IMG/VR virus record: IMGVR_UViG_3300020057_001232
Span: 54,062 to 118,061 of that record
Strand: one strand, 5' to 3'
DNA: 64,000 nucleotides
Source of the DNA: a virus
Shown here: one piece after another, positions 1 to 9,129 of the stretch
How positions within the stretch are numbered: the first letter of the stretch is position 1
Layout: every line of letters begins with the position of its first letter
Position numbers and translations under genes: made by a program
The notes under the pieces: model-generated
Databases searched by the model: none
What the model was told of the DNA's origin: nothing
The model's input: the letters and a program-made list of their open reading frames with translations, nothing else

Positions 1-56
1 TCCGCTGAGGAAGACAATTCGGCTTGACGTAGGCTTCTTTTTTTGGTCTCATAGAC

Positions 57-194
57 GTGAGGTGGTCCCCTCAGCTTACGTTTACAAGCAAAAGTAGCTC
101 ACTTGGTAGAGCAAGACTCGTTCAAAGTTTAGGTAATCGGTTCAACTCCGATCTATTGCAACAATATAAAACGTAGACAACTTGGACCACCTAC
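57..194 (+). ncRNA. Y RNA-like structured RNA #1 with a canonically ordered tRNA-like domain (88-160) inside a long closing stem
   Basis: AGGTGGTCC (60-68) pairs with GGACCACCT (184-192). CCTC/ACTT internal loop; TACGTT/AACGTA stem; TACAAGCA. Cloverleaf: GCAAAAG/CTATTGC acceptor (1 mismatch), GCTC/GAGC D-arm, AGACT-CGTTCAA-AGTTT anticodon arm (TTC, atypical G33), ATCGG-TTCAACT-CCGAT T-arm. No CCA. Confidence 0.8.
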
Positions 195-200
195 TCTCAT

Positions 201-226
201 AACCCGCACGAGCGGGTTTTTCTTTT
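201..226 (+). terminator. intrinsic terminator after RNA #1
   Basis: AACCCGC-acga-GCGGGTT followed by TTTCTTTT. Confidence 0.8.
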
Positions 227-235
227 GGTGAAAGC

Positions 236-1096
236 ATGTTGAATTTTACAGCACTAGCCAAACCCGTAAGAGTCGTTGTCCCGATTCTCAACCGCTCTTT
301 TACTTACAACAAGAAGCTTTACAAAATAGGTGTAGACGATGGCTGGTGGCAGGTGGAGCTTCAAGGCAATAAAGCGACGGCTATTGAAACACATCTATGG
401 ACCGACCCCCCTCGGAATGCTTTACGGGGGGTTAGTTACGGCACGAGAGTTGTTTTTTCACATTTTGAAGTGGCTCGCCGCAAATATTCGCTGGACGTTA
501 TAGCCCCTCTTGAATTTCCTAATGTTGAAACTTTCGCAAGTATTTTCGTCATGGTGTGGGAAGATAACCGCACCTACTACGTGATGCCTTGCTACGCAGA
601 CTTCAAGACGGTCTACATCAAAGATCTCCTTGACGACAATTTAACCCTTGAAAACGTGAAAGAGATAACTCCCGAGCTGCGGACAGTGTTTCTTTTTCAT
701 GCACTTGAACGCATCGAGATTCGCAAAAAGCTCGAAGAGCTTGAGAAGATCAAACATGAAGAGGAAATGAAACAGACCGTAGAAGGTCGCCTTCGGTTTG
801 CCTTTGATCGCTCTGGAGCTACGATCACTGAGTATCACGTAGGCAATGGTCGCATTGAGGTGACATGGAGCGTTCCGGGAGCAGGCAGTTTCAACTCTGT
901 CCTCGATGACAAAACCTTTATGGTCCTCGAAGCGGGCTACTGTATGTCAGGAGATGACCGTCGTCACAACGTCACAAGTATGGTAAAGACGGCGGAAGAC
1001 TACCACGCACGCCGTCTCGTCCATAGAACTCGTGGTCGCACGTTCGACCGCACCTTAGACCCTCACGAGGAACGTGATTATGACTACGACGATTAA
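236..1096 (+). CDS. conserved hypothetical protein next to the JAB/E1 module
   Basis: 286 aa with a coiled-coil and C-terminal 'VLEAGYCMSGDD' motif; first gene of a tightly packed operon. Confidence 0.7.
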   Translation: MLNFTALAKPVRVVVPILNRSFTYNKKLYKIGVDDGWWQVELQGNKATAIETHLWTDPPRNALRGVSYGTRVVFSHFEVARRKYSLDVIAPLEFPNVETFASIFVMVWEDNRTYYVMPCYADFKTVYIKDLLDDNLTLENVKEITPELRTVFLFHALERIEIRKKLEELEKIKHEEEMKQTVEGRLRFAFDRSGATITEYHVGNGRIEVTWSVPGAGSFNSVLDDKTFMVLEAGYCMSGDDRRHNVTSMVKTAEDYHARRLVHRTRGRTFDRTLDPHEERDYDYDD

Positions 1097-1100
1097 TGAT

Positions 1101-1571
1101 ATGCCGACTTTTCACCGAGAGAGCAGCCTCGTCACGTACTCTTCTCTGCCGCAAATTCTGCGGAAGAAGGTGTCGCTAAGCTTAGGCACGCCGGGAACCG
1201 TAGAGTTCGACTTCTTAGAAGTGTGGGAGTTCTTCAAAAAAGTGAAGACGCACGACGACTACGAGTTCTCCAATTGGCAGTTTTTCCACGTCCACCCTCC
1301 CGGACTTAACTGTGCGTCGGGGCTTGATATCGAATGTGCTAAGGGTCTAGCTTTAGCTTTCGGTCACCCGCTCTACTTCAGCATTGTGACCTTTGGAGCC
1401 AACGCCGAAGAACGCACGGTAACAAGCTTCGTCGCTTCGCCAAGCGGGCTAGAGCAGCTCTCTCCTACGAGTAACATCAATTACTTGAAGGCTTCTTATT
1501 TAAGCAAGTCAGAAGCCGAAGATCTATATTGGATGAGTTACACAAGCGGGGAAGATTTGTGTCAGAAATAA
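1101..1571 (+). CDS. JAB/MPN-like metallo-isopeptidase (deubiquitinase-like)
   Basis: HVHP-x5-S-x2-D matches the JAMM HxH-x(n)-S-x2-D pattern; directly upstream of E1. ORF is open from 1074. Confidence 0.65.
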   Translation: MPTFHRESSLVTYSSLPQILRKKVSLSLGTPGTVEFDFLEVWEFFKKVKTHDDYEFSNWQFFHVHPPGLNCASGLDIECAKGLALAFGHPLYFSIVTFGANAEERTVTSFVASPSGLEQLSPTSNINYLKASYLSKSEAEDLYWMSYTSGEDLCQK

Positions 1572-2146
1572 ACAAAGTTACAGTGCTTGGTCTAGGAGCA
1601 ATCGGTAGCAATCTTCTTCTACAGTTAGCTAAAACACTTCCAGATTTGCAGTATGTCGGCATCGACTACGACAAAGTGGAAGTGCGTAACATTGGTCCGC
1701 AAGCTTACATGACGGAACACGTAAATGCACCTAAGGCAAAAGCTTTAGCAGCAGTTATTGCAAGATATGCAAGACGTGCTCGCTACCAAGCTGTAGATAA
1801 GAAACTTACTGAAGTCTACAAGCCGGAACCGAACGAACTCGTCCTTGATTGCTTTGACAACACAGCTTCTAGAAAGCTGACAACCGTCGAAGGTCATGTG
1901 CTCCATGTCGGCTTTTCCCCTTTCTATTCGGCGGAAGCTATATGGTCGCCGCACTTTGAGCCAGCGGGGGATGTTCCCGCTGATGCTCCCGACATCTGTA
2001 CGATGGCTGGTGCTACACCCTTCATCCACTTCGTTGTAAACGCGGCAGCTTTACTTGTCGTAAATTTTGTCTTGAACGGAATCAAGAGAGACCTTATAGT
2101 GATCGGATCAATCCAAAACGGTTTTAACTTGAGGTATCTATCTTGA
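1529..2146 (+). CDS. ThiF/E1-like adenylyltransferase
   Basis: GLGAIGS, IDYDKVEVRNIGPQ, KAKAL, DCFDN..SR motifs; candidate catalytic Cys in 'DICT'. Likely GTG start at 1559. Confidence 0.88.
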   Translation: MDELHKRGRFVSEINKVTVLGLGAIGSNLLLQLAKTLPDLQYVGIDYDKVEVRNIGPQAYMTEHVNAPKAKALAAVIARYARRARYQAVDKKLTEVYKPEPNELVLDCFDNTASRKLTTVEGHVLHVGFSPFYSAEAIWSPHFEPAGDVPADAPDICTMAGATPFIHFVVNAAALLVVNFVLNGIKRDLIVIGSIQNGFNLRYLS

Positions 2147-2547
2147 CGACATATTGGTCGGATGTTGACAGGTTCAACGAAATTTACAAGCTACCTAGAC
2201 CTGTCAAACCGACTAATCCAGCGAACGACCGTTTGGACTTCTTTAAGCAAATTCTTTTAGAAGAAGTCGAAGAAGTTGAAGCGATCAAGGCTAAAACCGA
2301 TCCTCTTGAGCGGTTGACAGATCTTGGCGATTGGCTTGCGGACATCATCGTCTACTGCTCAACGGAGGCTCGCCGCCATGGTCTCCCCATTGAAAAGATC
2401 CTCGATGTAATAATGCAGTCGAATTTTTCCAAGCTCGGTGCAGATGGGAAAACGATCTACGACGAGCGAGGTAAGGTTCTCAAGGGACCTAACTACTGGA
2501 AACCAGAACCGTCTATCCAAAAACTTATAGAGAAGGAGTTGGCATGA
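2143..2547 (+). CDS. MazG-like all-alpha NTP pyrophosphohydrolase
   Basis: EExxE...D..AD and SNFSKLGADGK...GKVLKGPNYWKP signature. Confidence 0.85.
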   Translation: MTTYWSDVDRFNEIYKLPRPVKPTNPANDRLDFFKQILLEEVEEVEAIKAKTDPLERLTDLGDWLADIIVYCSTEARRHGLPIEKILDVIMQSNFSKLGADGKTIYDERGKVLKGPNYWKPEPSIQKLIEKELA

Positions 2548-2903
2548 AGTTCAAGTTGATTTTAGCATTTATGGTTCTTGTGGTCGGCGTTGGCGTCTGT
2601 GGATACTTCTACAGCTACGTCTTTGCCCGCACCGTCGTCGGTGAGATCGTAGACGTAAAACATGCAGGTGCCACAGGCTTTGCGGTGAATCGTGAAATCG
2701 CTTTTTCCATGGCAGTAGCCGTTAAAGACGGAACATCCGGCGAGATCGTTACCGCAAGCACGGAAGACCGCCAATGGGCGGTTGCTAAAGCAGGCATGTG
2801 CGCTGAAGCTAAATTCTTCCCGTATCCGCCGTGGGATCTTGAGAAGTCTGGAACGTATTATAATGCTCGACTGGTAAAGTTGAGTGAGTGTCCGGCGAAG
2901 TGA
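2544..2903 (+). CDS. membrane-anchored hypothetical protein
   Basis: N-terminal hydrophobic helix; ATGA coupling to the upstream gene. Confidence 0.7.
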   Translation: MKFKLILAFMVLVVGVGVCGYFYSYVFARTVVGEIVDVKHAGATGFAVNREIAFSMAVAVKDGTSGEIVTASTEDRQWAVAKAGMCAEAKFFPYPPWDLEKSGTYYNARLVKLSECPAK

Positions 2904-3906
2904 CCGCAGCGGCAACGTCAGGACTTTGCCACTTCTTGACGCTGCCTTTGACCCAAACAAGTCGCAGCTCTTTTCGCCCCTCGCCACAATACCGCCAACC
3001 TAAATGGGCAGCGGAAGACCAACTATCGTCTTGATAGTTTTTGTCTTTTAGCCAGTTGTAACCGATGAGCATGATCTTAGCTTGGCTGAGGTCTTTGTCT
3101 GCTCGTAGGATTTCCTTGCCGCTAGCAGATTTCAATCGAACTTCGTTTACGAACTCTCTGATATCAGGTTTGCCGCTGTGGAGATAAGCGACGGTGTTGA
3201 GCATGATAGGTACGTGGTAGACGTAGAAGTCTTGTCCTACGATTGTCTTCTCTTCGGGGTGGTCAACCAAGAACTCCATCTTCTTGTAGCCTTTGCCTTT
3301 GAAGGCGTCCGACAAACGGATCTCTTTGTCTTTAGGCACCGTTTTAAACGTGTAACAGCGGTTGTAGTTTTTGTCGATCCAAGCAAAGAAGATTACGCTG
3401 TCGTCGGGTGTGGCGTTAGGGTAGCCGCCTTTGACACGGTGATGAGCAGGGATCTTGTTGAAAGGTCCGATGTAATACCAAAAGCTGTTTAACTCGTCTC
3501 CGTCATCGTCTTTGATGTAGGAAGGCAATTGCACGAAGCCGCTCGCGAACTCCGGCATGTCGGCAAAGCGTAGCTTGTCGAGGCACACCTTCTTGAACTT
3601 CTCAAAGAAGCGGTCTTCGAAGAGGTGAACTTTTTCGTCGCCGTAAGCATCGTAGCAACAAAGCACGTTGGCGAAGAAAATGCCTACGTCAGTGAAGAAA
3701 AGTTTCCCAAACAACATCTCGATCATCATGACGAGCTGCGGTCTCTTCTCTTCCACCTCGTACTTGCCCGTTCTTACGTGATCTACAAGCTTCTTCGTCA
3801 AGTAGTTGACACACCCTTTTGACGGGACCAGATCCCGCATTAGCGATTTCCAGTCAGGCTCCCGCTGCTCTTTCAAGATCTCAGGCAAAAACTTAGTAAC
3901 CCGCAA
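2809..3906 (-). CDS. hypothetical protein
   Basis: 365-aa ORF, GGAGG RBS upstream of a TTG start. Confidence 0.65.
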   Translation of the reverse strand: MRVTKFLPEILKEQREPDWKSLMRDLVPSKGCVNYLTKKLVDHVRTGKYEVEEKRPQLVMMIEMLFGKLFFTDVGIFFANVLCCYDAYGDEKVHLFEDRFFEKFKKVCLDKLRFADMPEFASGFVQLPSYIKDDDGDELNSFWYYIGPFNKIPAHHRVKGGYPNATPDDSVIFFAWIDKNYNRCYTFKTVPKDKEIRLSDAFKGKGYKKMEFLVDHPEEKTIVGQDFYVYHVPIMLNTVAYLHSGKPDIREFVNEVRLKSASGKEILRADKDLSQAKIMLIGYNWLKDKNYQDDSWSSAAHLGWRYCGEGRKELRLVWVKGSVKKWQSPDVAAAVTSPDTHSTLPVEHYNTFQTSQDPTADTGRI

Positions 3907-4086
3907 GACGTAACCTCCAAAGCTTGTTGGCTTCTTCTAACATACCTAGCCTGCCTAAGCCCTTAAAAAATAACACCTCTTATAAATCAGGTGGTTAAGT
4001 TATTTACTCTAAAGCTTACAATAAAGATGCCGATACAATAATAGGCATTTACAATATTATTAAAGGGGTTCTTATAATCCATTTAC

Positions 4087-4145
4087 CGAAATTCGGCGTA
4101 AAGCCCCTAGCTTTAGCTATGGGGATATAAGCCGTCCTAGTTCAC
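4087..4145 (+). mobile_element. IS200/IS605-family palindromic end remnant (mini-element)
   Basis: TTAC|CGAAATTCGGCGTAAAGCCCCTAGCTTTAGCTATGGGGA...TTCAC; same hairpin family as the three 48-bp copies. Confidence 0.7.
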
Positions 4146-4148
4146 AAC

Positions 4149-4724
4149 TTGCTCTTTTTCTACACACAGCCCCCGATGTTTGATCGAAAGCAAACTTGGG
4201 ACTACATCAAAAACCAGTGTACAGGCGAGCGGACCTTCAGCTTGAAGGGTCGCACGCCGGAGTCGCTTTTGCGGCTTGTAACAGCTTGGCATCGAGATCT
4301 AGCACACGACAGGCAGTTAAAGTCATTAGGCATTAGAAAAGATGCGAAATGGGAACCTTCCGGCATAGGAGCGTTCGAGAAACAAACGGGCTCCATTGAA
4401 GAGAACAATTATAAGCTGATCCAGATAAAGGAAATCACCTCTTATAAAGGGCTTGCAGAAGAAGGCAGACGCATGAAGCACTGCGTCAGAAGCTACGCCC
4501 AATCATGTATCGACGGCAGACGAGCCATATTTTCTTTCGTCCGAGCCGACCTCTGGAATGCAGCAGAGGGGAAAAACAGCTTGACGTTAGAGGTAGACCT
4601 CAATGTCCGCAGCATCTGTCAGATCCGTGGCTTTGAAAACCGCAAGCCGCTAAGTAGCGAAATGAAGTTCATTCAGGAATGGGCTCAAGTAGAACGCTTA
4701 ACTGTATCGAGATATCTTTCATGA
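4149..4724 (+). pseudogene. PcfJ-like domain protein, apparently 5'-truncated
   Basis: 'EEGRRMKHCVRSY...TLEV...QIRGFEN' PcfJ-like motif; begins 3 nt after the mini-element with no RBS. Confidence 0.55.
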
Positions 4725-4860
4725 GAAAGAAGATCTTCTTTTGACATTAAAGGACACGGTTTATTCATATAGCGGTTCATAAACCGTGGGTTTGACTATC
4801 TAAAAAAGTATAAAATATAGGGGCAACTTATATTTTCATATGTTTTGATAGGAGGCTCTA

Positions 4861-6198
4861 ATGAAGTTCTATTCCCTTTTATTTGCGGTCTTGATGACCG
4901 CCTCAGGATGTGTAACTACACCCGACGAAAAGCCCACGACGGCGAGCAACCGCCCTCGACACCGACCTGGAAAACCTTCCGTCTCGGCTGCGGCAACTAC
5001 GACGAAACTAGTGGCTGCATCTTTAGTAATGAACAAGGGTTCGAAAAGCTCGCAGCCGCTTTCCGTGCTCTCGGTTCAAGATCAGTCCGGGACGGTGGAC
5101 GGCTGGAGCAAGTACATCGAGTTCACGCCGGTCTCGACAGGCTTAACGGCGAACTTTATCTTCAATGTCCCCGCAGGTGTTACGCCTACGGCGTTGACAG
5201 TTAAAACAAACTACAAAGGACGCCGAAAAGGATCTCAACTGTGGGGTTGGAAACTTTATAATTTTACAACTGGAACTTGGGTAACTGTAGGTGACAACAC
5301 GCCTGCCGCATCTTGGACGTGGACACCGATGTCCTTTCCTGTACCGGCTCCGCTTAGCCGCTTTATGAATGCCTCACGGCAGATAAAACTACGCTTCGAC
5401 ACCTTTTCAGGCGTAGACCTTTGCGACATTGATTACCTCGTAATTGAAGCGACAACGGATGTTGTGCCACCGCCTCCACCTCCACCCTCAGGTACTTGGT
5501 GGAAACCAACACCTGGGATCAAGTGGCAGATGCAATATACGGGCACCATTGACATCAACGTAAATGCGCCCGTTTACTTCCTAGATACGTTCTTCTCGTC
5601 TAAGACCTTGATCGACCAAGTTAAGGCTAAAGGACGCAAAGTCATTTGCTACATCAATGGCGGCAGTTGGGAAAGCTACGCCCCTGACGCTGCCAGTTTC
5701 CCGGCTTCTGTGATCGGTAAGGGAGTCAGCGGGTGGGCGGACGAGAAGTTTATCGACATTAGGCAGGTCGATATTCTTTGGGCGATTATGCTTAAGAGAA
5801 TCGACATGGCGCAGCAGAAAGGCTGCGACGGCTTCTACCACGATTGGGCTCACATCTTCACCGAGGACACGGGCTTTCCGATCACGGCAGCGGACCAAAT
5901 CAAGTGGAACACGCTTTTCGCCACCGAAGGTCACAAGCGAAACATGAGTGTGGGGCTTATCAATGATCTTTTACAAGTAAAAGAGCTTGTAAACTTGTAC
6001 GATTGGGGCATGATTGAGTCTTGCAATGTATACAACGAGTGTGCTTACGAGAACCCCTTCATCGCCCAAAACAAAGCGGTCTTCGCCCTTGAGTATCAAG
6101 GCGATCCCGCCGCCGTCTGTCCGAAGCTGAACGCTTTGAACTTTGACGGGCAGTACAAGCACCTACTTTTAGACGCCTGGAAACAAGACTGTAGATAA
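4861..6198 (+). CDS. lipoprotein with C-terminal GH114 endo-alpha-1,4-polygalactosaminidase-like domain
   Basis: Lipobox-like ASGC, poly-Pro linker, WQMQY, VICYINGGSWE, GCDG, 'ESC....EC', 'KAVFALEY'. Confidence 0.8.
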   Translation: MKFYSLLFAVLMTASGCVTTPDEKPTTASNRPRHRPGKPSVSAAATTTKLVAASLVMNKGSKSSQPLSVLSVQDQSGTVDGWSKYIEFTPVSTGLTANFIFNVPAGVTPTALTVKTNYKGRRKGSQLWGWKLYNFTTGTWVTVGDNTPAASWTWTPMSFPVPAPLSRFMNASRQIKLRFDTFSGVDLCDIDYLVIEATTDVVPPPPPPPSGTWWKPTPGIKWQMQYTGTIDINVNAPVYFLDTFFSSKTLIDQVKAKGRKVICYINGGSWESYAPDAASFPASVIGKGVSGWADEKFIDIRQVDILWAIMLKRIDMAQQKGCDGFYHDWAHIFTEDTGFPITAADQIKWNTLFATEGHKRNMSVGLINDLLQVKELVNLYDWGMIESCNVYNECAYENPFIAQNKAVFALEYQGDPAAVCPKLNALNFDGQYKHLLLDAWKQDCR

Positions 6199-6316
6199 GT
6201 ATTGATCTTTTAGACGCCGCATTGACCCTAGATCAATGCGGCGTTTAACTTTAATCCTCTTTGAGGTAAGCTGTCCCCTTCAGAAACCCAGCGAAGCGGT
6301 AAAAAAGGTTCAAGAC

Positions 6317-7312
6317 ATGAGAGAAAAGATCTTTCAAGCCGTCATCGGCTCACATCTTTATGGAACAAGCCGTCCGCAGAGTGACGAAGACTTTTTAGGA
6401 GTTTACTTGCCTACGGCGGAAGATCTTTGTTCGATGCAGAGCCCTCCCGGTGAAATCAGCGAGAACGTCAAACTGACCGAAGGGCGACGTAATTCTGCGG
6501 GTGATGTTGACAGCAAATTCTTCAGTGTCAAACGCTTCTTCGAGCTAGCTCTGCAAGGTCAAACAACTGCTATCGAGCTGTTCTTTGTCCCTGACGAATT
6601 AGTAACGATCAAGACACCTCTTTGGGACGAGATCAAAGCGCACCGCAGTCTCTTCTTGTCGAAACAAAGCGTAGCTCCGTTTGTGGGCTTTTGCCGTTCG
6701 CAAGCGGGCAAAGCTACGCTTAAAGGTCAGAACTTAAAGCAGCTCCAAAAGCTGATAAAGGCTCTTGAAGCGTTGACCGAGAACGACAAGAAAAGAAAGA
6801 TCATGAGCTTTGTCGATATGGACGACGTTTCGGCGGCAGAAGCACTAGGGGAGGGAGCCATGCTTTTTGGTATGGAGTTCCCGGTCTTCTTAGATCAGAA
6901 CGGCATCTTCCATTTGGTCGTCTGCAACAACCGTAAACTCACCATAAACAACACGGCGGAATCGTGGCTGACGACAGCTCGTATTCTAGAAGAACGCTAC
7001 GGCACAAGGGTTCGGACGGCGGCTGACACCCACTACGATTACAAGTCGCTTTACCATGCGTTTAGAATCGCTGGCGAAGCTGAAGAGCTTTTGGTCGAGG
7101 GGCGCTTGAGCTTGCCGAGACCACAGCAGGAGTTGGAGTTTTTAATGGCGCTACGTGCGGAGACTTTTGCCCCCGACTACATGGAGCAGTTAGAAGCCTG
7201 TATTGCCAAAGTCGAAGCACTCAAAAGCAAAAGCTCTTTGCCTGATAAGCCTGACTACGACGCCGTTGGAAAACTCTGCATTGACTTACACCGTAAACTT
7301 TTTAACGCTTGA
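6317..7312 (+). CDS. Pol-beta-family nucleotidyltransferase (RlaP / T4 NrdC.11-like)
   Basis: GSHLYGTSRPQSDEDFLGVY; 'YDYKSLYHAFRI'; C-terminal 'SSLPDKPDY'. Confidence 0.85.
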   Translation: MREKIFQAVIGSHLYGTSRPQSDEDFLGVYLPTAEDLCSMQSPPGEISENVKLTEGRRNSAGDVDSKFFSVKRFFELALQGQTTAIELFFVPDELVTIKTPLWDEIKAHRSLFLSKQSVAPFVGFCRSQAGKATLKGQNLKQLQKLIKALEALTENDKKRKIMSFVDMDDVSAAEALGEGAMLFGMEFPVFLDQNGIFHLVVCNNRKLTINNTAESWLTTARILEERYGTRVRTAADTHYDYKSLYHAFRIAGEAEELLVEGRLSLPRPQQELEFLMALRAETFAPDYMEQLEACIAKVEALKSKSSLPDKPDYDAVGKLCIDLHRKLFNA

Positions 7313-7321
7313 GGATTTACA

Positions 7322-7900
7322 ATGACTATAGCCGATGCTGTGTTTGACCCAAACGTAAGACCTAAGCTCCGCTGTGAAGAGACTTGGAAACATGTAGCTA
7401 AGATCCTAGCTCCTAAAGTTTCGGAGTGGGCAGGTGAAGAAGTTCTAGAAGGTGAAAGCTTCGAAGACGAAATATTTCAAATTTTAGACGACGCCTTCAG
7501 CTTAGATGGTTTCAAGCTTGCCAAAGAGTTCGATGACCTCGGCTATGAAGCCGACTTAGATCTTGTAGAAATTTTAAACGAAGTAGAATACCTCGCCATG
7601 AATTTTAAGGCGAAGCAGGAACAGGCGTGGGTAGTTCACTTCGGAGCCAAAGCCAAACTGCTAGTCGGAGCCGTTGTCAAAGTTAAGCATAGACACGACG
7701 ACCAAGTGGGCACCATCGTTGAGATCGACAAAAAGCGGGGATACTACACCGTACAAATAGACGCTTTAGGGCACGGTGTTCAAAAAGTAGGCAGCCGAAC
7801 GGTTGGCTGCAATTACGCTTTTGAAGAAGTGGAGAAGTGGAATGCAGAGCTACAAAATGGAGATACCGTTTCTAGCACAAAGCCCGGAGCAAGCCCATGA
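7322..7900 (+). CDS. hypothetical protein
   Basis: GAGG RBS, 192 aa. Confidence 0.7.
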   Translation: MTIADAVFDPNVRPKLRCEETWKHVAKILAPKVSEWAGEEVLEGESFEDEIFQILDDAFSLDGFKLAKEFDDLGYEADLDLVEILNEVEYLAMNFKAKQEQAWVVHFGAKAKLLVGAVVKVKHRHDDQVGTIVEIDKKRGYYTVQIDALGHGVQKVGSRTVGCNYAFEEVEKWNAELQNGDTVSSTKPGASP

Positions 7901-8021
7901 AGCTCATGGAGAAGCTGGCGATACTCTGCCGGAGTTCGCTCTCGGAAGCGTCAACACCTGACCGTTTCGTCGTCAGCGACTACGACGGCAACCTCATAAA
8001 TCCTGAGTTCCACGAAGAGTT

Positions 8022-8315
8022 TTAGTTGCGTAGAGAGCGCTCGACAATCTTATAGCTCTCCGCTAACTCAAGCGACTCTTCGGTGACATCAGGATAAGTC
8101 CAAAGCTTCTGCTTCTCAAGATATGTGAAGTAGGGGTGCTCGTCTTCGATATATTTTTTAGCATCGTCGTAATCAATGAAAACTTCTTCTACGTCGGAAA
8201 AGCCGTAGGGGAGGTCTTTTACTACGATGTAAACTGTGTCGATTCTCAAGTTGTCTTTAGTGTATTCTTTAGCTGCACTTCCCAATCTACCACCCAATCC
8301 TTTCGTAACAGACAA
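8022..8315 (-). CDS. hypothetical protein
   Basis: ORF following DHFR in a minus-strand run. Confidence 0.55.
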   Translation of the reverse strand: MSVTKGLGGRLGSAAKEYTKDNLRIDTVYIVVKDLPYGFSDVEEVFIDYDDAKKYIEDEHPYFTYLEKQKLWTYPDVTEESLELAESYKIVERSLRN

Positions 8316-8769
8316 CTCGGTAATCTAGACCGGCGTCTTCCCCTTGTTCAATTACTGTCTGGTGCCATTTCTTTTCATCTACCACAGGAAAGAATGTATC
8401 ACCAGCAAAGCTTTGCTCGACATGCGTCAAAGTCATAGAACCGGCGACATCTAAAGCTTCCTTGTAGAGACCTTCGCCACCAATTACGAAACAGTCGAAG
8501 GCACATAACTTCAAGGCGTCGTAGAAGCTAGAAGCTGTCTCGACGCCATCAACTAAACCTTGCTTAGACGTAACTACAATATTTCTACGATTGGGTAGTG
8601 GTCTGCCGATAGACTCGAAAGTCATACGACCCATGACAACGGTGGAACCCTTAGTCAGCTCTTTAAAGCGTTTGAGGTCTTTAGGCATGTACCATGGAAG
8701 CTTTCCAGCAATGCCGATGGCACGGTTGCTGGCAACCGCAGCTACAATTTTAATTGGGAGGTGAAGCAT
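8287..8769 (-). CDS. folA: dihydrofolate reductase
   Basis: IG..GKLPW...DLKRFK..T...VVMGRMTFESIGRPLPNRRNIV, IGG, GDTFFP. Confidence 0.97.
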   Translation of the reverse strand: MLHLPIKIVAAVASNRAIGIAGKLPWYMPKDLKRFKELTKGSTVVMGRMTFESIGRPLPNRRNIVVTSKQGLVDGVETASSFYDALKLCAFDCFVIGGEGLYKEALDVAGSMTLTHVEQSFAGDTFFPVVDEKKWHQTVIEQGEDAGLDYRVVCYERIGW

Positions 8770-8784
8770 ACTGTCAGGTTACGA

Positions 8785-9129
8785 TCAGCGGCTTTTTTTC
8801 GCAAGATGTTTAACGAGGTTTTTGATCTTGATACGTGGACGCTTTTCTAGTGCCACTACAATTTCAATCTCTTCTCCGGACGTGCTTGAATAAACACGGT
8901 GGACTACGGAATGATCGACGACCGACACTCGCCACTGGTCCACTTCTTCGAGTTTCTTTTTTCCAACGACAAGGTTGCGAGTTGTCCCTTCGCTGATCGA
9001 CGCTTCGATGCCTTTAACGGCAAGGGCTCTTACAAGGATTCTGTCGATGAGGGCAGTAACGTCCTTTTCGTATTCACGTCTTTCGTCCGTGCTTGGGAAA
9101 CGGTACTTACTGAGAACTTTGTGCATCAT
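8785..9129 (-). CDS. hypothetical protein
   Basis: Coupled to the caspase-like gene. Confidence 0.6.
   Translation of the reverse strand: MMHKVLSKYRFPSTDERREYEKDVTALIDRILVRALAVKGIEASISEGTTRNLVVGKKKLEEVDQWRVSVVDHSVVHRVYSSTSGEEIEIVVALEKRPRIKIKNLVKHLAKKSR

Noticed and set aside
88-160. Ordinary tRNA-Glu(TTC)
   Set aside because: G33, acceptor mismatch, no CCA, and enclosed in the conserved scaffold.
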